This document shows, in pieces, positions 1-8,280 of a stretch of DNA of 34,725 bases. The position numbers and the translations under genes are program-made. Numbering within the stretch: position 1 is the first letter of the stretch; every line of letters begins with the position of its first letter. Under the pieces are notes generated by a model that saw nothing but the letters and a program-made list of their open reading frames with translations, was not told where the DNA came from and ran no database searches. Where the stretch lies: IMG/VR virus record IMGVR_UViG_3300044724_002359, positions 1 through 34,725 of that record. One strand, written 5' to 3'. This DNA is from a virus. Its lineage: Duplodnaviria > Caudoviricetes.

Positions 1-16
1 GGGTATAAGTCATCTT

Positions 17-2392
17 ATGCCCTTTTCAAATTCACAATCATCAAAGGTATTTACACTGGCAACACCAGCTCAAATCGATGAACAAGTTCAATTTGAAAGA
101 GACGCGATCAAGCAAGGCATTGAACGCCTACATAAAAACACAAGAGATCTAGAGGAGAAAGCTTATTCTTCTGCAAGTGTATATGGTTGTAGTAGTATTT
201 CTGTACTAATGCCTGTTGTGAGGCAAAGGATCGAAGATACTAAAAGTAGAATCAAAAAGGGATATGTAGGCAAAGCTTTTAGTGAGATAAATCAACACCT
301 AGAACCAATTGATTCAGGTGTGGCAGCAGCCATTGCATTGAAGGTTACATTTGACAAAGTCTTTTCCTATAAAGACAAGGCAAATCTTCTAATCTCAGTC
401 AGTGACGGCATTGGGACAGCAATTGAGCAAGAAGCTCAGATGCAGTTCTATGAAAATAATTGTCCTGGATTGCTAGCAGTTTTAAAAAAGAACTATTGGC
501 ATAACACAACAGGTACAAAACAAAAGTATGTCATCATTAAAACATTGATGCAACGCTATGAAGTACCACAATGGAGTGCATGGGGCAGAGCTAATAGAGT
601 CAAGCTAGGTACATGGTTACTTGATTGTATAATCCATAGCAGCAATTGGTTTACGATTGACAAACGTAGGCTAGGTAAAAAGACTGATAACTATATTATC
701 CCAACGCCTGAGTTCATAGAAAAGAAAGATGAACTGATGGCGACAGCTGAACTGTTCAGTCCAATTGCTTATCCAATGTTAATTGAGCCTAATGATTGGG
801 CTGAAGATAGACCAGGTGGTTACCTGTTGAACGAGGTAATGCGAGGCCACGACATGGTTCGTCGAGGTACGCCCCGTATACAGGGAGAAACGCCAATCAA
901 CTTTTTGAATAAGATTCAGAAGGTTGGATTTTGTATCAACTTATTTACATATGACGTAGCAACTACGTTGATGGAAAAGGGTAGACAAGTTGGTAAGTTT
1001 GTCCCGATTGTTGAATATGATCTACCTCCTAAACCTGTAGATATTGCCGAGAACGAACAATCTCGACAAGAATATAGAAGGAATGCAGCAGAGACAATGA
1101 ATCTCAATGCCGCATCTTTCAAAAAGTCATGTAGAACCCGCATGACAATGGAAGCAGCTAAGTTATTTAAAGACAAGAAAGAGTTCTTTATTCCTTGGTC
1201 TTTTGATTATCGTGGTAGAGCATATCCAATACCAGCTTTTCTTACACCACAAGATACAGACTTTGGAAAAAGCCTTTTGTCTTTTAGTGAGCCTGCTTAC
1301 TTAACACCATACGCTGAAGAATGGTTAGCCTTTAGTGTTGCCACAACTTATGGTCTTGACAAAGAACCTATCCATAAGCGTATGGAATGGGTCCATAACA
1401 ACAAGCATCTCATAACTGCAATTGCTGAAGATCCTCTTGGTTGTCTTCCTGAATGGGAAGCGGCTGATGAACCCTGGCAATTTCTAGCAGCATGTGATGA
1501 ATATTATCATTGCCTTATTAAATGTGATCGAGATTACACTTCTTTGCCAGTTGCAGTTGATGCCACCTGTTCAGGTATACAGGTACTCGCCGGATTATTT
1601 CGAGACAGAGCCGCTGCAAGTCTTGTCAATGTCTTGCCAGGAGAAAAGCCCGCCGACGCCTATGCCGTCGTCGCCAAGCACGCTAAACCAAACTGCCCTA
1701 TAAGTATCCAACCTTTTTTGGATAGAAAGGTAGTAAAAAGAGTTGTCATGACCGTGCCATATAATTCACGGCCATACTCAAATAGAAGTTTTATAAGAGA
1801 TGCATTAAAAGAGAAAGGAGTAGAGATAGGTAAAGATGATCTAACAGCTACTGTTAATGCAGTTAGAGCTTCTATGGAAAAAGTCTTACCTGGTCCAATG
1901 GCTGGTATGAGATGGATTGAAACAGAAGTAGCAAAGGTCATTAAGAAGGGAGCAACTCAACTAGAATGGGTAACACCTTCGGGATTTGTAGTAGTTCAAA
2001 AATTAAACAAGAAAACAACAGAACGTCTTACCTTAAAACTACTAGGTACAGTAAAGATCCATGTTGCTACTCAAGATAGTGATGAGGTAGATCTACAACA
2101 TCATAAGTCAGCTACTAGTCCGAATCTAATTCATAGTCTTGATAGTTCACTACTACATTTATCCACTCTACGCTTTGATGCACCTATAGCACTAATTCAT
2201 GATTCGGTTCTATGTCGTGCTACTGATATGTCTAGCCTCTCAGAAATTGTTCGAGAGACTTACATGAAAATATTCGCAGAGGATTCTTATATTGAATCTT
2301 GGGCTCAACAAATTGGAGCCGAAACAAAACCACCGATTATTGGAGACTTACGCCCTGAATCGGTGACCAAATCAACCTACTTTTTCTGTTAA
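17..2392 (+). CDS. T7-like single-subunit DNA-directed RNA polymerase (gp1-like)
   Basis: 791 aa. Motifs DYRGRAY, motif A VDATCSGIQ, motif B RKVVKRVVMTVPY, PNLIHSLD, motif C IHDS, C-terminal YFFC. The true start may be the CTG at 56 (L-ATPAQIDEQ), just after AAGGT. Confidence 0.97.
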   Translation: MPFSNSQSSKVFTLATPAQIDEQVQFERDAIKQGIERLHKNTRDLEEKAYSSASVYGCSSISVLMPVVRQRIEDTKSRIKKGYVGKAFSEINQHLEPIDSGVAAAIALKVTFDKVFSYKDKANLLISVSDGIGTAIEQEAQMQFYENNCPGLLAVLKKNYWHNTTGTKQKYVIIKTLMQRYEVPQWSAWGRANRVKLGTWLLDCIIHSSNWFTIDKRRLGKKTDNYIIPTPEFIEKKDELMATAELFSPIAYPMLIEPNDWAEDRPGGYLLNEVMRGHDMVRRGTPRIQGETPINFLNKIQKVGFCINLFTYDVATTLMEKGRQVGKFVPIVEYDLPPKPVDIAENEQSRQEYRRNAAETMNLNAASFKKSCRTRMTMEAAKLFKDKKEFFIPWSFDYRGRAYPIPAFLTPQDTDFGKSLLSFSEPAYLTPYAEEWLAFSVATTYGLDKEPIHKRMEWVHNNKHLITAIAEDPLGCLPEWEAADEPWQFLAACDEYYHCLIKCDRDYTSLPVAVDATCSGIQVLAGLFRDRAAASLVNVLPGEKPADAYAVVAKHAKPNCPISIQPFLDRKVVKRVVMTVPYNSRPYSNRSFIRDALKEKGVEIGKDDLTATVNAVRASMEKVLPGPMAGMRWIETEVAKVIKKGATQLEWVTPSGFVVVQKLNKKTTERLTLKLLGTVKIHVATQDSDEVDLQHHKSATSPNLIHSLDSSLLHLSTLRFDAPIALIHDSVLCRATDMSSLSEIVRETYMKIFAEDSYIESWAQQIGAETKPPIIGDLRPESVTKSTYFFC

Positions 2393-2406
2393 CCACCTAT
2401 TAGTAT

Positions 2407-2976
2407 ATGCCACGTAACATCATTAAGACCGAAAACCCAGTAATCCTAAGTGGATACCAAGCTGTGCTGAAGCCAAGTAAATTTGGCTATTCCTTGAATG
2501 TCATTGTTGATCAGACAATTATTGATCAATTGGAAGATGACCGTACAAATTCCTTGAAGTGGGCTGAGTCTAAGCTTAAGAATCCAAATCGTAGTGTGCT
2601 ACGTCCAGAACCTTGGGAAGAAGTATCGGAAGGTCAGTATAAGATTAAGTTTGGATGGAATGAAGAGAAGAAGCCTCCTGTGATTGATACATCTGGCACA
2701 CAGATCACTGACACATCAACACCTATTTTTGAAGGTAGTACAGTAAAAGTAGCCTTCTGGCAGAAGCCGTATGTACTTAAAGATAAAGTGACATATGGTA
2801 CTAGTCTTAAGTGCTTAGGCATTCAAGTAATTACATTGAATAGTCAGGCTGGTGTAGACACTGGTGACATGGATGTTAGTGACATTTCTGAAATGTTTGG
2901 CACCTCACAAGGTTTTAAAGTTGGTGAACCAAATGTAAATAATGAACATTCAGTAACAGACGATGAGGACTTTTGA
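2407..2976 (+). CDS. ssDNA-binding protein (T7 gp2.5-like)
   Basis: Follows RNAP; GSTVKVAF...GTSLK OB-fold-like segment; acidic C-tail ending in Phe (TDDEDF), the hallmark of gp2.5. Confidence 0.9.
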   Translation: MPRNIIKTENPVILSGYQAVLKPSKFGYSLNVIVDQTIIDQLEDDRTNSLKWAESKLKNPNRSVLRPEPWEEVSEGQYKIKFGWNEEKKPPVIDTSGTQITDTSTPIFEGSTVKVAFWQKPYVLKDKVTYGTSLKCLGIQVITLNSQAGVDTGDMDVSDISEMFGTSQGFKVGEPNVNNEHSVTDDEDF

Positions 2977-2978
2977 CA

Positions 2979-3149
2979 ATGAACGATACACAAATTTGGC
3001 CAACTGAACCACGCATGTACATGGAAGAAATCACAATCACACATAACGAAAAGGCAGAAAAACTCAATGGTCGCCTAGCAATGCTAGGTGTCATTGCAGC
3101 TCTCGGAGCCTATGCACTGACTGGACAAATTATTCCAGGAGTATGGTGA
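2979..3149 (+). CDS. hli: High-light inducible protein (CAB/ELIP/HLIP family), 56 aa, absent from ORF track
   Basis: Manual translation MNDTQIWPTEPRMYMEEITITHNEKAEKLNGRLAMLGVIAALGAYALTGQIIPGVW has the AExxNGRLAMLG chlorophyll-binding motif and the TGQIIPG tail. Confidence 0.95.
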   Translation: MNDTQIWPTEPRMYMEEITITHNEKAEKLNGRLAMLGVIAALGAYALTGQIIPGVW

Positions 3150-3217
3150 TGCCACAAGGAAAAGGAACGTACGGTACAAAGAAAGGACGTCCACCTAAGA
3201 AGAAGATGTGTAAGTAA
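3149..3217 (+). CDS. 22-aa basic peptide MPQGKGTYGTKKGRPPKKKMCK
   Basis: TGATG overlap with the hli stop and TAATG overlap with the next ORF, implying translational coupling on both sides; AT-hook-like KGRPPK. Confidence 0.7.
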   Translation: MPQGKGTYGTKKGRPPKKKMCK

Positions 3218-3363
3218 TGGCTAAACAAGGTCTCTATGCAAACATCCATGCCAAACGCAAACGTATTGCATCTGGTAGTGGAGAAAAGATGCGGAAGCCT
3301 GGGTCATCAGGTGCTCCTACTAAAGCCAACTTCAAACGGTCTGCAAAGACTGCTAAAAAATAA
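3217..3363 (+). CDS. 48-aa basic protein MAKQGLYANIHAKRKRIASGSGEKMRKPGSSGAPTKANFKRSAKTAKK
   Basis: TAATG-coupled start; fills the gap before the psbA leader; resembles a small conserved hypothetical protein I recall from marine phages. Confidence 0.8.
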   Translation: MAKQGLYANIHAKRKRIASGSGEKMRKPGSSGAPTKANFKRSAKTAKK

Positions 3364-3364
3364 C

Positions 3365-3420
3365 AGCTAAATAGAATAAGGGAGGTGCAATTCCTCCTAT
3401 AGCTATGGACAGCCAAGTCC
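3365..3420 (+). ncRNA. tRNA-like structured element in psbA leader (acceptor-like stem, T-arm, then small hairpin)
   Basis: AGCTA(3365-69) pairs with TAGCT(3400-04); GGAGG-TGCAATT-CCTCC is a 5-bp stem with a 7-nt loop (3381-97); then GGAC-AGCCAA-GTCC (3407-20). May overlap a known cyanophage psbA-leader motif such as PhotoRC-II (not verified). Confidence 0.6.
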
Positions 3421-3469
3421 TTAAAATGGTCTTACTTAACTGCACAAAAAAAAATGTACTATTACTTAA

Positions 3470-4528
3470 ATGACCACTATTCTTTCAAGACCACAAAAAC
3501 TAAATACCTGGAATAACTTCTGTGAGTGGGTGACGTCCACTAATAACCGTCTATACGTTGGCTGGTTTGGAGTCCTAATGATTCCAACATTACTAGCAGC
3601 AACCATTTGTTTCATCCTGGCTTTCGTAGCCGCACCACCCGTCGATATTGATGGCATACGTGAACCAGTTGCTGGATCGCTCCTTTATGGAAATAACATT
3701 ATATCGGGAGCAGTTGTCCCGTCTTCAAACGCAATCGGCTTGCACTTCTATCCCATCTGGGAAGCAGCAAGTCTCGATGAATGGCTCTACAACGGTGGAC
3801 CCTTCCAACTTGTCATCTTTCACTTCCTTGTCGGTATCTACTCTTACATGGGACGAGAATGGGAACTTAGTTATCGATTAGGGATGAGGCCCTGGATCTT
3901 TGTCGCATACTCAGCACCGGTCGCAGCGGCGACTGCAGTCTTTCTTATCTACCCATTTGGACAAGGTTCTTTTTCAGATGCAATGCCTCTTGGCATATCC
4001 GGGACCTTCAATTACATGTTCGTCTTCCAAGCTGAGCATAATATCCTTATGCATCCTTTCCATATGTTGGGTGTTGCCGGCGTATTTGGTGGGTCTCTTT
4101 TCTCTGCTATGCACGGAAGCCTGGTCACGTCTTCACTTGTACGTGAGACAACTGAGCAGGTTAGTCAGAACCAAGGTTATAAGTTTGGTCAAGAGGAAGA
4201 GACGTACAACATTGTAGCCGCTCATGGTTACTTCGGACGATTAATCTTTCAATATGCCTCATTTAATAACTCGCGTAGTCTCCACTTTTTCTTGGCTGCA
4301 TGGCCTGTGCTTGGCATTTGGTTTGCAAGCTTGGGTGTTAGCACTATGGCTTTCAATCTTAACGGATTCAACTTTAATCAATCCATTGTCGATAGTGGGA
4401 ACCGTGTTGTCACTACTTGGGCTGATGTACTTAATCGTGCGGGACTTGGAATGGAAGTGATGCATGAGCGTAATGCTCACAACTTCCCACTTGATCTAGC
4501 AACACATAAAGCACCAACAATTGGCTAA
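3470..4528 (+). CDS. psbA: Photosystem II reaction centre protein D1
   Basis: 352 aa with unmistakable D1 sequence ([21 protein letters not shown]161, D170, H190, [14 protein letters not shown]344); no intron. Confidence 0.99.
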   Translation: MTTILSRPQKLNTWNNFCEWVTSTNNRLYVGWFGVLMIPTLLAATICFILAFVAAPPVDIDGIREPVAGSLLYGNNIISGAVVPSSNAIGLHFYPIWEAASLDEWLYNGGPFQLVIFHFLVGIYSYMGREWELSYRLGMRPWIFVAYSAPVAAATAVFLIYPFGQGSFSDAMPLGISGTFNYMFVFQAEHNILMHPFHMLGVAGVFGGSLFSAMHGSLVTSSLVRETTEQVSQNQGYKFGQEEETYNIVAAHGYFGRLIFQYASFNNSRSLHFFLAAWPVLGIWFASLGVSTMAFNLNGFNFNQSIVDSGNRVVTTWADVLNRAGLGMEVMHERNAHNFPLDLATHKAPTIG

Positions 4529-4536
4529 TAAACATA

Positions 4537-4890
4537 ATGGCATTTAGATCTGGCCTTGAAGAAAAGGTTGCTGATCTGATGGTTGAATTAGGAGTGAAGT
4601 ACGAATATGAATCCACTAAGGTTGCATATCAAATTCAACATAACTACACTCCTGATTTTCTTTTGCCTAACGGTATTTATCTTGAGTGCAAGGGGTACTG
4701 GGAAGCAGAGGATCGTCGTAAGATTAAGGCCGTCAAACAGCAACATCCAGAAATTGATTTAAGGATGGTGTTTCAAGCACCATTCAATAGAATTAGTAAA
4801 AAGTCTAAAACTACATACGCACAATGGTGTGACAAACACAACATACCTTGGACCAGCTACACAAACATACCAATTGACTGGTTCATCTGA
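4537..4890 (+). CDS. Endonuclease I / Holliday junction resolvase (T7 gp3-like)
   Basis: FRSGLE, YTPDF, ECKG and DLRMVFQ motifs of T7 endonuclease I. Confidence 0.95.
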   Translation: MAFRSGLEEKVADLMVELGVKYEYESTKVAYQIQHNYTPDFLLPNGIYLECKGYWEAEDRRKIKAVKQQHPEIDLRMVFQAPFNRISKKSKTTYAQWCDKHNIPWTSYTNIPIDWFI

Positions 4891-6451
4891 ATTTCTTAGA
4901 CACGACCCTTGCAATAATTGTAGTTCATCAGATGGCTTAGCTGTCTATTCTGATGGACATACATATTGCTTTGTATGTAATACAAGAACTGCAGGTGATA
5001 CAGAACACAGTTCACAATCATCACAACACATGAGTTACGTAGGCTCAGCTCAAAGGTTGCAGAAACGAAATCTATCTGAAAAGGTTTGTCAAAAGTACAA
5101 GATCTTAAAAGATGGAGACATCCTACGAATGTATTACCATGATACGTCTGGTAAACCGATAGGTTCAAAGATTAGAACTAAAAACAAGCTGTTTAGTTAT
5201 GAGGGAGAAACAAAGGGTCTATTCTTTGGTCAACATCTCTTTTTTAGAAACAGCAAAGAAAAAAGTGTTGTCATTACTGAAGGTGAGCTTGATGCCGCTT
5301 CAGTATGTGAGGCATTAGGAGACTTTCCAGCTGTGTCGTTGCCCTCTGGAGCAGCCGCAGCTCGAAAAGCAATGAAAAATAATTATGAGTGGCTTCAGCA
5401 GTTTGAAAAGATCATTCTATTCTTTGATAATGATGAGGCAGGTCATAAAGCTACAAAAGAAGCGGCTGATGTATTACCACCTGGAAAGGTATTTATCGCC
5501 TCCCTAGACGCATATAAGGATGCCTCAGATGCCCTACAGGCTAATGATTACAAGGCTGTTGAAAATGCGTATTGGGGTGCCAAGGCTTATAGACCTGATG
5601 GCATCGTTGAAGGTAAGTCATTACTTGAATTAGTCACAACACCAAGCACACCACACGATCATGAGTACCCATTTTCAGGACTCAATAACAAGCTCCACGG
5701 CATACGATACGGAGAGCTTGTCACGATTACTGCAGGAAGCGGTATTGGAAAATCAAGCTTCTGCAGGGATATTGCAGCTTCTCTACTACAAAGGGGAGAA
5801 CGGGTTGGTTACTTGGCTCTGGAAGAATCCAACAAAAGAACCGCCCTAGGACTTATGTCATCTGCTGTAGGTAAATCACTACATTTGGGTGAGCCTTCAC
5901 ATAAAGAATTAGTAGATGCGTTTGATGAAACCATGGCTAATTGGAACCTATTCTTATTTGATGGGTTCGGAAGCTATGACCCTGACGTCATCTACAACAG
6001 AATTGAATATTTGGCCAGTGGTTTGGAATGCAAGATTATCTTCCTTGATCACCTATCAATCCTGTTATCGGGACTAGATGGGGACGAGCGTCGAATGATA
6101 GACGTCACAATGACCCGCTTACGCTCTTTAGTAGAGCGCACTGGTATAGCACTATTTCTAGTATCACATTTAAGGAGAAGTACTCAAGATGGAGGACACG
6201 AAGAGGGCGCAAGAGTTACTCTCTCGCAATTACGTGGTAGCGCAGCAATTGCACAACTCTCTGACGGCTGCATCGCACTTGAGCGGAACCAGCAGTCAGA
6301 CAGTGGATCTAGCGACACGACTGTGCGCGTCATTAAAAACAGATATTCAGGTGAGACGGGCATAGCCTGTACACTCTCGTATAACTTACAAACTTGCAAA
6401 TTTATTGAAACAGAATTCGATGAAGAATTTGACCCAACAACAGACTTCTAA
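4829..6451 (+). CDS. DNA primase/helicase (T7 gp4-like)
   Basis: N-terminal Cys4 zinc-binding domain (CNNC...CFVC), TOPRIM (ITEGELDA, FDNDEAG), Walker A AGSGIGKS, IFLDHL, LRGSAAIAQLSD, KNR. Start uncertain: GTG 4829 or TTG 4874; in-frame ATG at 5030. Confidence 0.96.
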   Translation: MTNTTYLGPATQTYQLTGSSEFLRHDPCNNCSSSDGLAVYSDGHTYCFVCNTRTAGDTEHSSQSSQHMSYVGSAQRLQKRNLSEKVCQKYKILKDGDILRMYYHDTSGKPIGSKIRTKNKLFSYEGETKGLFFGQHLFFRNSKEKSVVITEGELDAASVCEALGDFPAVSLPSGAAAARKAMKNNYEWLQQFEKIILFFDNDEAGHKATKEAADVLPPGKVFIASLDAYKDASDALQANDYKAVENAYWGAKAYRPDGIVEGKSLLELVTTPSTPHDHEYPFSGLNNKLHGIRYGELVTITAGSGIGKSSFCRDIAASLLQRGERVGYLALEESNKRTALGLMSSAVGKSLHLGEPSHKELVDAFDETMANWNLFLFDGFGSYDPDVIYNRIEYLASGLECKIIFLDHLSILLSGLDGDERRMIDVTMTRLRSLVERTGIALFLVSHLRRSTQDGGHEEGARVTLSQLRGSAAIAQLSDGCIALERNQQSDSGSSDTTVRVIKNRYSGETGIACTLSYNLQTCKFIETEFDEEFDPTTDF

Positions 6452-6536
6452 ATTGATTAAACCTAACCCACCTACAAAAGAAGCCATTAAACGTGCACAG
6501 TTTGTAGATAAAACTTATGTATGGAACAAGAAGTGA
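6420..6536 (+). CDS. 38-aa hypothetical protein MKNLTQQQTSKLIKPNPPTKEAIKRAQFVDKTYVWNKK
   Basis: Bridges helicase and polymerase; its TGA overlaps a GTG (GTGA, 6533-36) that is in frame with the exonuclease-domain ORF. Could alternatively start at the TTG just after the helicase stop. Confidence 0.6.
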   Translation: MKNLTQQQTSKLIKPNPPTKEAIKRAQFVDKTYVWNKK

Positions 6537-7051
6537 GTCTGATATTCGATTTAGAGACTGACGGTCTTCTTGAGAATGTATCAACAATTCACTGCCTTGC
6601 TATCCACGATCTTACAACTAAAAAAACTTTATCGTACAACGATACGGGTAATGCAGAACCTATTGTACGTGGGATACAACGACTTGCTGACGCAGACTGT
6701 CTTATTGGTCACAATATTATTGGCTTTGATATTGCTGTGCTTAGGAGACTATATTCATGGTTTACTCCTCCTAGTTTGTGCATTGACACTTTACTTCTTT
6801 CACGTCTTTACCATACGAATATGATGGAGATAGATCAAAAAAGGAAGTGGAAGTTTATGGCTCCACAACTATATTCAAGACACTCACTAGAAGCTTGGGG
6901 CTACAGGCTAGGTGAATATAAAGGTGCATTTAGCAAACAAACAGACTGGGGTAATTGGTCACAAGAAATGGAAGATTACTGCATTCAAGATGTAAACGTT
7001 ACCACCAAACTATGGAAGCACTTCCACAAATACCTGAATGGGTCAAATTAG
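6521..7051 (+). CDS. Family A DNA polymerase, 3'-5' proofreading exonuclease part
   Basis: ExoI FDLETDG, ExoII GHNIIGFD, HSLEAWG, ExoIII YCIQDV; likely start is GTG 6533. Confidence 0.93.
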   Translation: MEQEVSLIFDLETDGLLENVSTIHCLAIHDLTTKKTLSYNDTGNAEPIVRGIQRLADADCLIGHNIIGFDIAVLRRLYSWFTPPSLCIDTLLLSRLYHTNMMEIDQKRKWKFMAPQLYSRHSLEAWGYRLGEYKGAFSKQTDWGNWSQEMEDYCIQDVNVTTKLWKHFHKYLNGSN

Positions 7052-8280
7052 AACATCAGGTAGCTCAAATACTTACACAACAAGAAATTCATGGATGGAG
7101 ATTTGATAAGGATGCTGCATGGGAATTTGCATCTGCTCTCAGACAAGAGCTACGAGAGATTGAAGAGTCATTATGCAGGCAACACCCTTTCGTTGCAGGA
7201 GCAGAATTCACTCCGAAACGAGATAACCGCACGTCTGGATATGCGAAGGGCGCATCCTTTACTCGACTAAAAGAATTAAACCCAACATCAAGAGATCACA
7301 TTGCATGGATATTGCAAACATTTTATGGCTGGATTCCAACCCAGATGACAGCTACTGGGAAACCAGTTATAGACGAAGTTATTCTGACCGAGATAGCGTC
7401 ACCGATTTCTATCAAGTTCGCGAGATGTTTGACGGTAACGAAAATGCTTGGGATGATCTCGCAAGGCGTGAACGGTTGGCTAAAGCTTGTTACGAATGAC
7501 CGAATACATCATCACTGCAGCGTTACAACAAATACACACCGTTGTGCTCACAGATCTCCAAACCTCGCGCAATGTCCAGCAGACTCAAGATTTAGAGAAC
7601 TCTTTATACCAAGCCCAGGCTTATGTATGGTTGGCGCTGATCTTTCTGGCATTGAGCTTCGGATGCTTAGCCACTATCTGGCTCGGTTCGATGGAGGCAG
7701 ATATGCAGAAATCCTCCTCAATGGAGACATCCATCAAGTCAACGCTGACAAGATTGGTATCACCCGGAAGCTAGTTAAAACGGTCACCTATGCGTTCCTA
7801 TATGGAGCAGGTGATGAGAAGATCGGACATTCCTATGACAAACAACTCACCTCTGCAAATGCTAAAAGAAAAGGTGAAGAGATTCGTGCTGCATACATCG
7901 AAGCGGTTGAAGGATTGGGAGACCTCCTCGAGGCAATTAAGAAAGCTTCGTCAAAAGGATTTATTCGATCTATCGATGGAAGAAAAATTGCAGTTAATTC
8001 ACCTCATAAATCGCTGAACTACCTTTTGCAAAGTGGTGCTGGCTGCGTAGCAAAACGCTGGATGGTGATTAACCAAGATCACATTAAACAATTAAACTTA
8101 TGCTGCTCACAACTGGCATTCATTCATGATGAATTGCAGTTTGAAGTAGACCCTAAACATGCAAAAGACTTATGTTCATCCTTGGTACTTAGCAGTACAG
8201 AAGCTGGTGAGTACTACAACATCAGGTGTCGTATCGACGCTGAAGCAACAATCGGAAAAAACTGGTCAGAAACCCACTAA
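7012..8280 (+). CDS. Family A DNA polymerase, polymerase part (T7 gp5-like)
   Basis: Motif A DLSGIELR, motif B KTVTYAFLYGAG, motif C IHDELQ. Track ORF begins at 6955; T7-like similarity begins near IPEWVKLEH, so ATG 7012 or a -1 shift from the exo frame is more plausible. Confidence 0.95.
   Translation: MEALPQIPEWVKLEHQVAQILTQQEIHGWRFDKDAAWEFASALRQELREIEESLCRQHPFVAGAEFTPKRDNRTSGYAKGASFTRLKELNPTSRDHIAWILQTFYGWIPTQMTATGKPVIDEVILTEIASPISIKFARCLTVTKMLGMISQGVNGWLKLVTNDRIHHHCSVTTNTHRCAHRSPNLAQCPADSRFRELFIPSPGLCMVGADLSGIELRMLSHYLARFDGGRYAEILLNGDIHQVNADKIGITRKLVKTVTYAFLYGAGDEKIGHSYDKQLTSANAKRKGEEIRAAYIEAVEGLGDLLEAIKKASSKGFIRSIDGRKIAVNSPHKSLNYLLQSGAGCVAKRWMVINQDHIKQLNLCCSQLAFIHDELQFEVDPKHAKDLCSSLVLSSTEAGEYYNIRCRIDAEATIGKNWSETH

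Noticed and set aside
865-890. T7-promoter-like CGTATACAGGGAGA inside the RNAP gene
   Set aside because: Only the GGGAGA end resembles T7; it is explained by coding (RIQGE), and no repeated full consensus was found.
31-5023. 13-nt repeat TTCACAATCATCA at 31-43 and 5011-23, both near candidate start codons
   Set aside because: Several 13-mer matches are expected by chance in 35 kb, and spacing to the starts differs.
6521-8280. Polymerase pseudogene or intron/intein
   Set aside because: All catalytic motifs are intact, the gene is essential, and there is no intervening sequence; the frames simply overlap.
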